The notes beneath the pieces are model-generated. The model did not search any database and was not told the DNA's origin. It worked only from the letters and a program-made list of their open reading frames with translations. Both the position numbers and the translations under genes were made by a program. From contig JAQBHB010000094.1 in NCBI GenBank assembly GCA_032128115.1, forward strand, positions 1-63,430: a stretch of 63,430 nucleotides of DNA. The letters are read 5' to 3'. The stretch is from Deltaproteobacteria bacterium (lineage in GTDB: Bacteria > Myxococcota_A > UBA9160 > SMWR01). Below, piece by piece: positions 31,154 through 40,642 of this stretch (its first letter is position 1; each line of letters begins with the position of its first letter).

Positions 31154-31902
31154 TGGGCGACGTTCGAAACAAGACGTTCGTGGTCACCCGATTCGACCCC
31201 GACCGCGATGAGGCGCCTCGGACCCAGAGGTACCAGGTTCCGGTGCAGCCGGACTGGAAGGTCCTGGACGCGCTCAACTACATCAAGGACGAGATCGACG
31301 GCACGCTCTCGCACCGCTGGTCGTGCCGCATGGCCGTGTGCGGCAGCTGCGGCATGTCGGTCAACGGCGAGCCGCGACTCACCTGCAAGGATGCGCTGGA
31401 CCAGTACGGCGACACTGTCGAGATCGGTCCCCTGGCGAATTTCCCGGTGATCCGGGATCTCGTGATCGAGATGGAAGGCTTCCTGGAGAAGCTGAAGAGC
31501 GTGAAGCCCTGGATCATCCGCGCCAAGGAGAAGGCGGTCGAGGAAGGACCGCTGAACCAGTCGCCGGAGCAGCTCGAGGAATTCCGGAAGTTCAGCATGT
31601 GCATCAACTGCATGCTGTGTTACGCGGCGTGCCCGGTGGTGGCCAACGAGCCCGATTTCCTGGGTCCGGCAGCCATTGCCCTGGGTCACCGCTACAACCT
31701 GGACTCCCGCGACGAGGGCGCCGCCGAGCGCAACGAGATCTTCCGGGGCGAGGGCACCGTCTTCTCGTGCTCCTACGCCAACGAGTGCACCGAGGTCTGC
31801 CCCAAGCACGTGGAGCCCGCCGCGGCCGTGAACCAGGCCAAGCTCAATGTGTTGATCGACTGGGCCAAGGGCCTGGTGTTGCCGCGAGGGGGTGCGCAAT
31901 GA
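31153..31902 (+). CDS. frdB: Fumarate reductase iron-sulfur subunit
   Basis: WSCRMAVCGSCG, CINCMLCYAACP, CSYANECTEVCP. Confidence 0.93.
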   Translation: MGDVRNKTFVVTRFDPDRDEAPRTQRYQVPVQPDWKVLDALNYIKDEIDGTLSHRWSCRMAVCGSCGMSVNGEPRLTCKDALDQYGDTVEIGPLANFPVIRDLVIEMEGFLEKLKSVKPWIIRAKEKAVEEGPLNQSPEQLEEFRKFSMCINCMLCYAACPVVANEPDFLGPAAIALGHRYNLDSRDEGAAERNEIFRGEGTVFSCSYANECTEVCPKHVEPAAAVNQAKLNVLIDWAKGLVLPRGGAQ

Positions 31903-32345
31903 GCACTGCACGGCCCGCCCATCCCCAGGTCATGCAACCGTCGCGCCCGGGGCCCACGCGCACGGCGCCCCCCATGCGCCCGGCGCGCATGCCCCTGCGC
32001 GGCCCGTATCTGACCCACTCCCTGTTCGGCGCCACTGGCCTGATCTACCTGCTGTTGGGCTTGCTGGCCCTGGAAATCGTGTGGGCCCTGGGCAGTGGCG
32101 AGGAGGCCTGGAATCGCGTTCGCGAAAACTTCCAGCATCCGCTCTACATCGGCTTCCACACCCTTGCCTTTGCCAGCATCCTCTTCGTGGGCGTGCGGTT
32201 CTTCCGGCTGTTCCCGCCGGCCCAGCCCCCGCGCATCGGGCCGGCGAAGCCCCCGCCGCCCGGCGTGCTCATGGCCATGTTGTACGCCGCGTGGATCGGC
32301 GTGGCCGGGGTGCTGGCCCTGATCCTGGCCGGGCGGATCTTCTGA
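31899..32345 (+). CDS. frdC: Fumarate reductase membrane anchor subunit C
   Basis: 3 TM segments, translationally coupled to frdB; W..F..HP..I.FH-like pattern. Confidence 0.7.
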   Translation: MSTARPAHPQVMQPSRPGPTRTAPPMRPARMPLRGPYLTHSLFGATGLIYLLLGLLALEIVWALGSGEEAWNRVRENFQHPLYIGFHTLAFASILFVGVRFFRLFPPAQPPRIGPAKPPPPGVLMAMLYAAWIGVAGVLALILAGRIF

Positions 32346-32704
32346 TGAAGCATCTGCTGCTGCGCATCGAGCCGGTGGTCTGGTTCCTCTTCGGACAGGG
32401 GATCATGATCGGAACCATGCTGCTGACGGGTTGGGTGCTGGTGCTGGGCCTGGCCATCCCGCTGGGCCTGGTGTCGCCGGATGCCCTGGCCTACGAGCGC
32501 GCCTACGGACTCGGATCCCATCCCATCGGGCGGCTGCTGCTGGCGGCGCTGATCGCGCTTCCGCTCTGGAAGGGCGCGCACCACCTGCGACATCTTTCCA
32601 TCGACTTCGGGGGCTTGTCGCGGGACGTGGTGGTGGCTCCGATCCTGTACGGCATTGCCACCCTGGGCAGCCTCGCCGCCATCGTCGCCGTCATCCGGCT
32701 GTAG
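32345..32704 (+). CDS. frdD: Fumarate reductase membrane anchor subunit D
   Basis: EPVVWFLFGQG, LAIPLG, LPLWKGAHHLRH..ID, matching the E. coli-type FrdD pattern. Confidence 0.8.
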   Translation: MKHLLLRIEPVVWFLFGQGIMIGTMLLTGWVLVLGLAIPLGLVSPDALAYERAYGLGSHPIGRLLLAALIALPLWKGAHHLRHLSIDFGGLSRDVVVAPILYGIATLGSLAAIVAVIRL

Positions 32705-32714
32705 CGGCGCGCCC

Positions 32715-33908
32715 GTGTCGGGCCGGGTGCTCGAAGGCGTTCGCGTTCTCGACCTCACGCGAGTGGTTGCCGGTCCGTTCGCCACCGCCACCCTGGCCGA
32801 TCTGGGCGCCGACGTGATCAAGGTGGAGCGCCCCGGCACCGGCGACGATTACCGCTACGGCCCCTCACCCCGGGGCCAGACCTCGCTGTCCTTCCAGAAC
32901 ACGAATCGCGGCAAGCGGTCCATCACGTTGGATCTGCGCGTGGCCGAGGGGCGCGACCTCTTCCTGCGCCTGGTGGAAAGGGCGGATGCGGTGGTGGAGA
33001 ATTTCCGCGCGGGCTGGCTGGCCTCCCAGGGGCTCTCGCCCCAGGTGATCCAGGAGCGCAACCCGCGCTGCCTGGTGGCCTCCCTCTCGGGCTTCGGCGC
33101 CAGCGGACCCCGGGCCGGTGAGGCCTCGTATGACATCGTGGCCCAGGCCGCCGGCGGGTTGATGGCCATGACCGGCTTCGCCGACGGTCCGCCGGTGCGG
33201 AGCGGCGGCGCCCTGGCCGACTTCGTGGGCGGGCTCTACCTGGCGCTCGGCCTGGTGGCGGGCCTGCGCGATCGCGATCGCAGCGGCCGCGCCCGGGTGC
33301 TCGACCTCTCCAACCAGGACGCGGTCTTCGCCATTACCGATTCGGCGGCGACGATCATGGCCGGGATCGGCGCCGCCAGCGGCCGGGTGGGAAACCAGCA
33401 CCCCTTCACCGCCCCCTATGACGCCTATGAAACCCGCGACGGTTGGGTCGTGGTGGGAACCGCAAGCAACAAGCTCTTCCGCGCCCTGTGTGGCGCCATC
33501 GGTCGCCCGGAACTCGCCGGCGACGACCGCTATCGCAGTCACCGGGGTCGCGCGCAGCACCGGCTGGAGATCAACGCCACCGTCGCCGAGTGGGTGCGGC
33601 CGCAGACCTGCCAACAGGTGTTGGAAGCTCTCGGGCCGCGGGGCGCCGACCTGCCGTGTGCCCGCGTGGAGCGTCCCGAACAGCTGGTGGACGATCCACA
33701 GCTGCAGTCGCGCGACATGATCGAGCGTCATCCCCACCCCTTGCTTGGCGAGGTGGTCTTCCACGGCAACCCGCTTCGCTTCTCCGGGGCGGAACCCCGA
33801 GAACGGGCGTTGGCGCCGGATCTGTCGGCTCACAACCGCGAGATCTTCGCGGAGATCGGGGTCGATGAATCCGAGCTGAAGCGTCTGACCGACGCCGGCG
33901 TGATCTGA
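32715..33908 (+). CDS. Family III (CaiB/BaiF) CoA-transferase
   Basis: VLDLTRVVAGP, LADLGADVIKVE, NRGKRS, ENFR, SYD. Confidence 0.93.
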   Translation: MSGRVLEGVRVLDLTRVVAGPFATATLADLGADVIKVERPGTGDDYRYGPSPRGQTSLSFQNTNRGKRSITLDLRVAEGRDLFLRLVERADAVVENFRAGWLASQGLSPQVIQERNPRCLVASLSGFGASGPRAGEASYDIVAQAAGGLMAMTGFADGPPVRSGGALADFVGGLYLALGLVAGLRDRDRSGRARVLDLSNQDAVFAITDSAATIMAGIGAASGRVGNQHPFTAPYDAYETRDGWVVVGTASNKLFRALCGAIGRPELAGDDRYRSHRGRAQHRLEINATVAEWVRPQTCQQVLEALGPRGADLPCARVERPEQLVDDPQLQSRDMIERHPHPLLGEVVFHGNPLRFSGAEPRERALAPDLSAHNREIFAEIGVDESELKRLTDAGVI

Positions 33909-33975
33909 GCCGCACGGGCGATTCTCCTGCTTTCAGGGCGGCGCCGCTTGACCCGTCCCGGCGGGTGCTTAGATA

Positions 33976-34028
33976 CCTGTGCACGGCCGCGGGAGCCCTC
34001 CCAGAGGGGCCCCGGGCTGCACAGGAGG
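33976..34028 (+). promoter_or_regulatory. Long hairpin overlapping the hsp20 Shine-Dalgarno
   Basis: CCTGTGCA (33976-83) pairs with TGCACAGG (34018-25); inner CCCTC/GAGGG stem; SD AGGAGG at 34023-28. Confidence 0.5.
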
Positions 34029-34036
34029 TACACAGC

Positions 34037-34504
34037 ATGACTCATTGGATCGTTCCCCGACGGCGCAGCGCGCCGCTCGTGCGTTGGCCGGTAGCGCCGG
34101 CGAACGGCGGGCTGGAGCAGCTTCTGGACGACGTCTGGCGCGGCTTTGGCAGCGCCCCCTCCGGCGAGCTTGCCGACTTCACACCCCAGGTGGACATTGC
34201 CGAGACCGAAGCGGAATACCGCGTGACGGCGGAGCTTCCGGGCCTCGAGGAGAAGGAATTCGACGTCTCCCTCGACGGCGACCTCCTGACACTCAAGGGT
34301 GAGAAGAAGGTGGAGCGCGAGGAGAAGGGGGAGGGCTTTCGCCACGTGGAGATCTCGAGTGGCTCCTTCCACAGGGCCTTCCGGCTTCCAGTGGAGGTCA
34401 ACGGCGACGACGTGAAGGCCGTCTTCAAGAACGGCGTGCTCATGGTGACTCTCCCCAAGGCGGAGCCCGCCCGGGCGCGGGAGATCCCGATCACGGTTTC
34501 CTGA
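34037..34504 (+). CDS. Hsp20/alpha-crystallin small heat shock protein
   Basis: PQVDIAET, AELPG, LKGEK, GSFHRAFRLP, KNGVL.VTLPK; strong SD. Confidence 0.95.
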   Translation: MTHWIVPRRRSAPLVRWPVAPANGGLEQLLDDVWRGFGSAPSGELADFTPQVDIAETEAEYRVTAELPGLEEKEFDVSLDGDLLTLKGEKKVEREEKGEGFRHVEISSGSFHRAFRLPVEVNGDDVKAVFKNGVLMVTLPKAEPARAREIPITVS

Positions 34505-34580
34505 TCGGGATCTGAACGGATCGGGTTCTGCGCACGAAATCGCGGGCCGGTTGCCATGCAGCCGGCCCGCTCTTCGTTGC

Positions 34581-35300
34581 TCAACGCGCGTCGTGGAAGA
34601 TGATTCCGAGAGCCGTGCGCTGGCCCGATCGGATGGTGCTCACGCCGTGACGCATCTGCGCGCGCTGGAATCCTCGCGCGCCCTGCACGGGCCGCTCGCG
34701 GGTGGCGAATACGATTCCCTCGCCGGCTTGCAAGGAGATGGCCTCGCCTCGCGACTGCATGCGGGGCCGCTGCTCCACCAGCAAGAACTCGCCACCCGTG
34801 AAATCGCGATCCGGGCGGCTCAGCAGACATGTGAGTTGCAGGGGGAAGGCGACGTCTCCGTACAGGTCCTGGTGCAGACGGTTGTAGCCCTGCGCCGTGT
34901 AGCGCAGCAGCAGTGGCGTGGGGCGCGCCTGGCCCTGCTCGCGGCAGTGGGCGAGGAAAGGGCGCAGGCTGCGCGGATAGCGCACGTCGGTTCCCAGGAA
35001 CTCGCCCCAACGGTTCGCGGCCGCAGCGAGTCTGGGGTAGAGGCTCGCGCGCAGGGCCGACACCAGGGGAGGCAGCGGGTAGGCGAAGTACCTGTACTCC
35101 CCCTGCCCGAAGCGGTGGCGCTCCATGGAGATGGTCTTGCGAAAGCCGCCGGGCTCGGCGTAGAGCCTCGCAAGCGACTGACACTCGGCATCGGTGAGAA
35201 GCGCCGGAATTCGCGCATAGCCTTCACTGTCGAGTCCTTCGGCCAGCTGTTTCCAATCCAGGGCGGCTACGCGTCGTCGGATGTGCTCGGAGATCTTCAT
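34581..35300 (-). CDS. 2OG-Fe(II) oxygenase (DUF2086-like)
   Basis: FGQGEYRYF, PTPLLL, LHQDLYG, GGEFLLVEQRPRMQS, RHGVS. Confidence 0.92.
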   Translation of the reverse strand: MKISEHIRRRVAALDWKQLAEGLDSEGYARIPALLTDAECQSLARLYAEPGGFRKTISMERHRFGQGEYRYFAYPLPPLVSALRASLYPRLAAAANRWGEFLGTDVRYPRSLRPFLAHCREQGQARPTPLLLRYTAQGYNRLHQDLYGDVAFPLQLTCLLSRPDRDFTGGEFLLVEQRPRMQSRGEAISLQAGEGIVFATRERPVQGARGFQRAQMRHGVSTIRSGQRTALGIIFHDAR

Positions 35301-35375
35301 GAGCCCCCCTGCTTGTCGCCGATCCGGGCGCCTTTCGCAATACTGCCCGACGAGAACGACTTCGGAGCGACCCTC

Positions 35376-36503
35376 ATGAATTTCGGTTTCAGCGCGGAAC
35401 AGGAGCTGCTGCGCGCGGAGGTGCGGCGCTTCCTGGACCAGAACTGTCCGCTGGACGCGGTGCGCAAGATCGCGGAGACGCCCGAAGGCTACTCGCGGGA
35501 CCTGTGGGCCCGGATGGCGGAACTGGGCTGGGTGGGACTGCGCAGCGACGAGGCTCACGGAGGGGTGGGGCTCGGCTGGGTCGACCTGGTGGTAGTGCTG
35601 GAGGAGATGGGGCGCACGCTGTTCCCTTCGCCCCTGATCGCAACCGTGCTGGCCGGCGTGGCCATCGAACGTGGCGGCAGCGAAGCCCAACGGGCGCGCT
35701 GGCTGCCGGCGCTGGCCGATGGCAGCACGATCGGCAGCGTGGCCCTGTTGGAGGCGGGCGATCAGCTGACGCCCGAGGGGGTTGCCCTGACCGGGGAGCG
35801 AAAGCCCGGGGGCACGCGCCTCACCGGGGAGAAGCTCTTCGTGCTCGACGCCCAGGCCGCCGACCTGTTCGTGGTGGCGTTCCGCTCCGGTCCCGCACCG
35901 GAAGCGCTGTCGCTGGCGCTGGTGGAGCGCGGCGCCGCAGGCCTCGCAATCGAGTCGCTCCCCACCATGGACCTCACCAAGCGACAGGGCCGAATTCGCT
36001 TCGATGGCGTGGTGGTCCCCGACGACGCTCTCCTGGGAGAGCCGGGCGCCGCTTGGCCGATCCTGTCTGCGCTGATCGACGGCGGCGCCGTGGCCCTGAC
36101 GGCTGAGATGGTCGGCGCCGCCGAGGGCGCGCTCGATCTCACGGTGAACTACGCCAAGCAGCGCATCCAGTTCGGCGAGCCCATCGGTCGTTTCCAGGGC
36201 GTGAAGCATCCACTGGCCGAGATGTACGTGGATGTGGAGTCGTTCAAGTCGCTGCTCTACTACGCGGCCTGGACCCTGGACGAGCGCCCCGAAGAGGCGC
36301 CACTGGCGACCTCCCGGGCCAAGGCATATGCCAGCGAGGCCTTCGCGCGCATCGGTATCGATGCCATCGGGCTCCACGGAGGCATCGGGTACACCTGGGA
36401 GTACGACGCCCAGCTCTACCTCAAGCGGGCCAAGTGGTCGCGACCCGCGTTCGGCGACGCGGACCATCACTACGAACGCATCGCCGCCCTCGGAGGGCTG
36501 TGA
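35376..36503 (+). CDS. Acyl-CoA dehydrogenase family, heteromer alpha-type subunit
   Basis: R.QFGEPIGRFQGVKH, HGGIGYTWE; TGATG-coupled to a second ACAD. Confidence 0.9.
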   Translation: MNFGFSAEQELLRAEVRRFLDQNCPLDAVRKIAETPEGYSRDLWARMAELGWVGLRSDEAHGGVGLGWVDLVVVLEEMGRTLFPSPLIATVLAGVAIERGGSEAQRARWLPALADGSTIGSVALLEAGDQLTPEGVALTGERKPGGTRLTGEKLFVLDAQAADLFVVAFRSGPAPEALSLALVERGAAGLAIESLPTMDLTKRQGRIRFDGVVVPDDALLGEPGAAWPILSALIDGGAVALTAEMVGAAEGALDLTVNYAKQRIQFGEPIGRFQGVKHPLAEMYVDVESFKSLLYYAAWTLDERPEEAPLATSRAKAYASEAFARIGIDAIGLHGGIGYTWEYDAQLYLKRAKWSRPAFGDADHHYERIAALGGL

Positions 36504-37663
36504 TGGATTTCAATTTCACGCCGGAAGAAGAAGCCTTTCGCGACGAGGTGCGGGCGTTCCTGGACGAGAACCTGCCGCCCGAATCGGAGCGCTCGCCGGG
36601 CTTTCCGTTGGAGTGGAATCGAAAACTCCGAGAGAAGCGCTGGGTGGGCTTCTCCTGGCCGCGCGAGGTGGGCGGCGGCGGCGGCGGAATCATGCAGCAG
36701 GTGATCCTCAAGGAGGAGATGGCCAGGCGGAAGGCGCCGGCCCTGGGTGTGAGCTTCATGGGGCTGGCCTGGGTGGGCCCGGCGCTCATCGAGTATGGAA
36801 CCGAGGAGCAGAAGCAGCGCTTCATTCCCGACATCCTGGACGGGAAGCTCCAGTGGTGCACCGGCTACTCGGAGCCCGACACGGGCAGCGACCTGGCCTC
36901 GTTGCAGTGCAAGGCCGTGCGCGAGGGCAACGAATATGTCGTGACGGGGCAGAAGATCTGGACCTCGGTGGCCATGTGGGCGAAGTGGATGATCCTGCTG
37001 GTCCGCACCGAGAACGATCCCGCCGACAAGCACAAGGGCATCACCTGCCTGCTGGTAGCGATGGATTCTCCGGGCCTGACCGTGCGTCCCATCCGCAACA
37101 TGTCGGGCGGTGAGATGTTCGCCGAGTGCTTCTTCGACGGGGTCCGGGTTCCGGTGGAGAACCGCCTCGCTGGCGAGGGACAGGGCTGGAAGGTCACGAT
37201 CTCGGCCCTGGCCCATGAGCGCTCCAGCATCTCGGAAGTGCACGGGTTGATGCGGCACCTGGACGGAATCCGGGATCTGGCGAAACGCTGTACACGGAAC
37301 GGCCGCCCGGCCGCGAAAGATCCCGGCGTCCGACGCCGCATCGCGCAGGCCGACGTGCGCATCGAGGCCATGCGCCTCAACGGCCTGCGCTTCCTCACCA
37401 AGCAGCTCAAGGGCGAGAAGCTCGGCAGCGAAACCTCGATCAACAAGCTGCATCGGGCGGCCCTGGAGATCGAGCTGGGAGAGCTGGCCCTGGAAATCCA
37501 GGGCAGCCGCGGCGCGCTCATGGGCGAAGACGAGCTGGTGCTGGAGGGGGGTCGCTGGCAGCGCATGGCGCTGGGCTGGCCCGAAGTGGTGATCGGTGGC
37601 GGAACGCCCAACATCCAGCGCAACATCATCGCCGAACGGGTACTGGGACTTCCCAAGGATTGA
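36503..37663 (+). CDS. Acyl-CoA dehydrogenase, catalytic-type subunit
   Basis: WCTGYSEPDTGSDLASL, GQKIWTS, LAHER, IGGGT.NIQRN. Confidence 0.93.
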   Translation: MDFNFTPEEEAFRDEVRAFLDENLPPESERSPGFPLEWNRKLREKRWVGFSWPREVGGGGGGIMQQVILKEEMARRKAPALGVSFMGLAWVGPALIEYGTEEQKQRFIPDILDGKLQWCTGYSEPDTGSDLASLQCKAVREGNEYVVTGQKIWTSVAMWAKWMILLVRTENDPADKHKGITCLLVAMDSPGLTVRPIRNMSGGEMFAECFFDGVRVPVENRLAGEGQGWKVTISALAHERSSISEVHGLMRHLDGIRDLAKRCTRNGRPAAKDPGVRRRIAQADVRIEAMRLNGLRFLTKQLKGEKLGSETSINKLHRAALEIELGELALEIQGSRGALMGEDELVLEGGRWQRMALGWPEVVIGGGTPNIQRNIIAERVLGLPKD

Positions 37664-37670
37664 GAGGCCC

Positions 37671-37976
37671 ATGTCCGAACGGCGCGATCGCATCGAGACC
37701 CGGCTGCGCGAGGCCCTGGACGCCGCCCACGTTGCGGTGGTGGACGAGAGTCACCTGCACGCGGGCCACGCGGGCGCGAGAAGCGGTGGCGGGCACTTCC
37801 GCGCCCTGATCGTGTCATCCCGCTTCGAGTGTCAGGGCGCGGTGCAGCGCCAACGCCTGGTCTACGCCGCCCTCTCCGAAGAGATGGGCTCGGAGATTCA
37901 CGCGCTGTCCATGCAGACCCTCACGCCCGCCGAGTGGACCGCAAGCGCCGCAGCCGAGCGCAGTCACCGGAACTAG
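37671..37976 (+). CDS. bolA: BolA family protein
   Basis: DESHLHAGH, GHF...IVS.RF, R.VYAAL, IHAL. Confidence 0.93.
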   Translation: MSERRDRIETRLREALDAAHVAVVDESHLHAGHAGARSGGGHFRALIVSSRFECQGAVQRQRLVYAALSEEMGSEIHALSMQTLTPAEWTASAAAERSHRN

Positions 37977-38824
37977 ATGAAGTCGCGGAGCCAGGCCTCC
38001 AGCGGAACGCTGAAGCCGGCGGCGTTGCGATGGCCGCCGCCGCCATGGCCGGCGGCGATCTTCGAGACGTCTAGTTCTCCTACCGAGTAGATCGAGACAT
38101 CGACCCGGCTTCCCGTCAGGCGGTACACGAGGCCCAGGGGCGAGCCGAATGCCGCCCGCTTGGCCAGCTCGTGGCCCACTGCGCTGCGCAGGATCGGGGA
38201 ATTCACGGCTTCCGCCACCCGCTCTCCCAGCTGCACCCGATGCGCCGCCTCGAGAATCCGCTGCACTTCGATCCGGTTGGATCGCACGATGGGCGCACCT
38301 TCCAGGGCCAGGCTCTCGATGGGGCGTGCCGCCAGCTCCTCCCACGCCTCGAACTCGCGGGGATAGGAGCCGATGGCGGCGTTGATCTCCTCGGATCGGG
38401 GGAGCCTCCAGTTCCACAGGTCCTGATCTTCCACGTAGAGGAGGAGATCGGGTGTGGCCTCGTCCCGGTGGAAGTGCTGCCAGGCCAGCACGGCACCCGA
38501 GTGGTCGAGATCGAAGTGGATCACGTGTCCTTCCGCTTCCAGCGCATTGGCCAGGCCCAGGTCGGCGGTGTAGCGATCGCGCGCCGACACGTGGTGGTCG
38601 AGCACGGTGACCTGCGCGGCCACCTGACCCAGCTCGCGCAAGCGCGCGTTGTCCGGAGCGATGTCGACGAACACCACCCGCTCGCCCTCGTGGGCGGCGG
38701 CGTCCAGGCGGTCCTCGTGGCCCCGGGCGAGGAAGCGGGCCTTGCTGCCCCAGGCGCGCCGGACGGCCCAGGCAGCGCCGAATCCATCGGGGCAACCGGC
38801 GTGGTAGAAGCAGGTGTGTTTCAC
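37973..38824 (-). CDS. DHH/DHHA1 phosphoesterase (nanoRNase-like)
   Basis: YH..CPDGF, VDI, LDHH, HSGA, DQDLW, GGGGHRNAAG. Confidence 0.9.
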   Translation of the reverse strand: MKHTCFYHAGCPDGFGAAWAVRRAWGSKARFLARGHEDRLDAAAHEGERVVFVDIAPDNARLRELGQVAAQVTVLDHHVSARDRYTADLGLANALEAEGHVIHFDLDHSGAVLAWQHFHRDEATPDLLLYVEDQDLWNWRLPRSEEINAAIGSYPREFEAWEELAARPIESLALEGAPIVRSNRIEVQRILEAAHRVQLGERVAEAVNSPILRSAVGHELAKRAAFGSPLGLVYRLTGSRVDVSIYSVGELDVSKIAAGHGGGGHRNAAGFSVPLEAWLRDFI

Positions 38825-38929
38825 GCAGGGGAGGGTAACGCATCGCTTGCCCACCCGAACCGATCCGAACCGAACGACACTCAGCGTGTCGCAACGCATG
38901 TGCAGTCCGTCGGCAGCCGCGCCCCTGCT

Positions 38930-40513
38930 CTACTGCGCCGGGACGATCTCTCCCGCGGCGCGGGCGCGTTCGCGAAGGGTCGCTTCGTCCTTTTCGAGGT
39001 GACGGATGGCGAGCACCAGGAACCCGGCCGCGAGACCACAGGCCAGAAGCGACCAACGCAGGGCTTCGGGCAGGCTACCCAGGCCGTCCGAGAGACGTCC
39101 AACGCCATACGGTCCCAGGGCGAAGCCGATCAGCGTGATGACGAGCAGGTAGAACGCCGAGACCACCGCCCGCATGCGGGGGAGCACCAGGTCCTGGACG
39201 GTGGAGGCTCCGGCACCGATCCACATGGAGTTGATGGTGGTGAGCGGAACGTTGATCGCGTAGGCGAGGGCCACGTCGTCCGTGGCCAACATCCACAGGG
39301 CCAGGGGGGCCGGCAACACCGCCGCGGCAATCCCGACCAGCAGGCGCCCCCCGGAGCGGCTTCGGCGCAGACGGTCGGCCACCAGTCCGCCGCAGGTAAC
39401 ACCGACGACGCCCCCGAACACGGCCGTCAGTCCGATGACGGTGCCCACGGTGGCGGAATCCTGGCCGTGAACGCGCATGAAGAAGGGAGGGGTCCAGGCG
39501 GCGAAGCCGTAGGACACGAACGCCAGGAACGCGAAGCCCAGGCAGGCGTAGCGCAGCGACGGGGTGCCGAACAGCAGGCTCGCCGTCGGGCGGTCGCGAA
39601 GCGCCAGACCCTGCATCCACGACGCCGCGGCGTAGAGCCCGAGTCCAAGCGCCAGCCATTGGGGAAGGTCGCCGGTCGCGCGGACCAGCCAGGTCGCGGT
39701 GGCGACCGTAGCGGCTGCCATGGCCAGGTTGATGGTCAGGGCGCGGCCCCCGGCCCGCGAGAGGGCGAGGTGGATCAGGGTGAAGGGGGGGATCACGGCG
39801 CGCAGCTCGCGAAAGAATTCGCGGAAGGGGTGGGACTCCGGAGGCACGTGGATCCCGTCGGCTGCACCTCGGGTCGGTTCGCGCAACGTGCGCACCCAGA
39901 GCGCCAGCAGCAGCCCCGGAAGACCCACGGCCAGGTAGGCCGCCTGCCAGCCCGCCAGGCCCAGGGGTGCCGTCCCGTCCGGGAAGGCGCCATTCCAGCG
40001 GTCGACGACCTGTCCCCCGATCAGGAGTCCCAGGCCCGCGCCCACGTAGATGCCGCTCGAATATAGGGACAGCACCGTGGCGCGGCTGCGGGGCGGAAAG
40101 GAGTCGGACAGCATCGAGTAGGCCGCAGGCGTGGCGCTGGCCTCGCCGATCCCCACGCCGATGCGTGCGCCGGCGAGCTGGGTGAAGCTGCGCGCCATTC
40201 CGGAAATCGTGGTCATGGCGCTCCAGGTGGCGAGTCCCAGCGAGATCAGCGTGCGTCGTTGCCACACGTCCGCGAGTCGGCCGAGGGGAATCCCGAAAAC
40301 CGCGTAGAAGACGGCGAAGGCGGTGCCGTACAGGAACCCGATCTCGGCGTCGGTCATGCCCAGGTCGGCTTTGATGTCCTCGGCCAGGATCGTGATGATC
40401 TGGCGGTCGAGGAAGTTGAGGACGTAGACGAGAACGAGAACGAACAGCACATAGCGCGAGTAGGCGCCGCCCACGGCGGCGTTGCGCTCGCCCGACTCGC
40501 CCGACGCGGGCAT
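38930..40513 (-). CDS. MFS transporter (spinster-like)
   Basis: NFLDRQI, GRLADVWQRR, RIGVGIGEA. Confidence 0.93.
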   Translation of the reverse strand: MPASGESGERNAAVGGAYSRYVLFVLVLVYVLNFLDRQIITILAEDIKADLGMTDAEIGFLYGTAFAVFYAVFGIPLGRLADVWQRRTLISLGLATWSAMTTISGMARSFTQLAGARIGVGIGEASATPAAYSMLSDSFPPRSRATVLSLYSSGIYVGAGLGLLIGGQVVDRWNGAFPDGTAPLGLAGWQAAYLAVGLPGLLLALWVRTLREPTRGAADGIHVPPESHPFREFFRELRAVIPPFTLIHLALSRAGGRALTINLAMAAATVATATWLVRATGDLPQWLALGLGLYAAASWMQGLALRDRPTASLLFGTPSLRYACLGFAFLAFVSYGFAAWTPPFFMRVHGQDSATVGTVIGLTAVFGGVVGVTCGGLVADRLRRSRSGGRLLVGIAAAVLPAPLALWMLATDDVALAYAINVPLTTINSMWIGAGASTVQDLVLPRMRAVVSAFYLLVITLIGFALGPYGVGRLSDGLGSLPEALRWSLLACGLAAGFLVLAIRHLEKDEATLRERARAAGEIVPAQ

Positions 40514-40642
40514 GGGGAGTTGTTTTTCGGGCGCGCTCGGCAAGTCCGTCGCATTCTACCGACTCGCCCGGCGGGATGGGGAGCGCGGCGACGCGGTCTG
40601 CCCGCCTGGGGTACGCTTTTTGCTTCCGGAGAGAGGCTCCGC

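Noticed and set aside
38855..38876. Short CCGAA(C) iterations upstream of the DHH gene
   Set aside because: Too short and irregular to assign any function.
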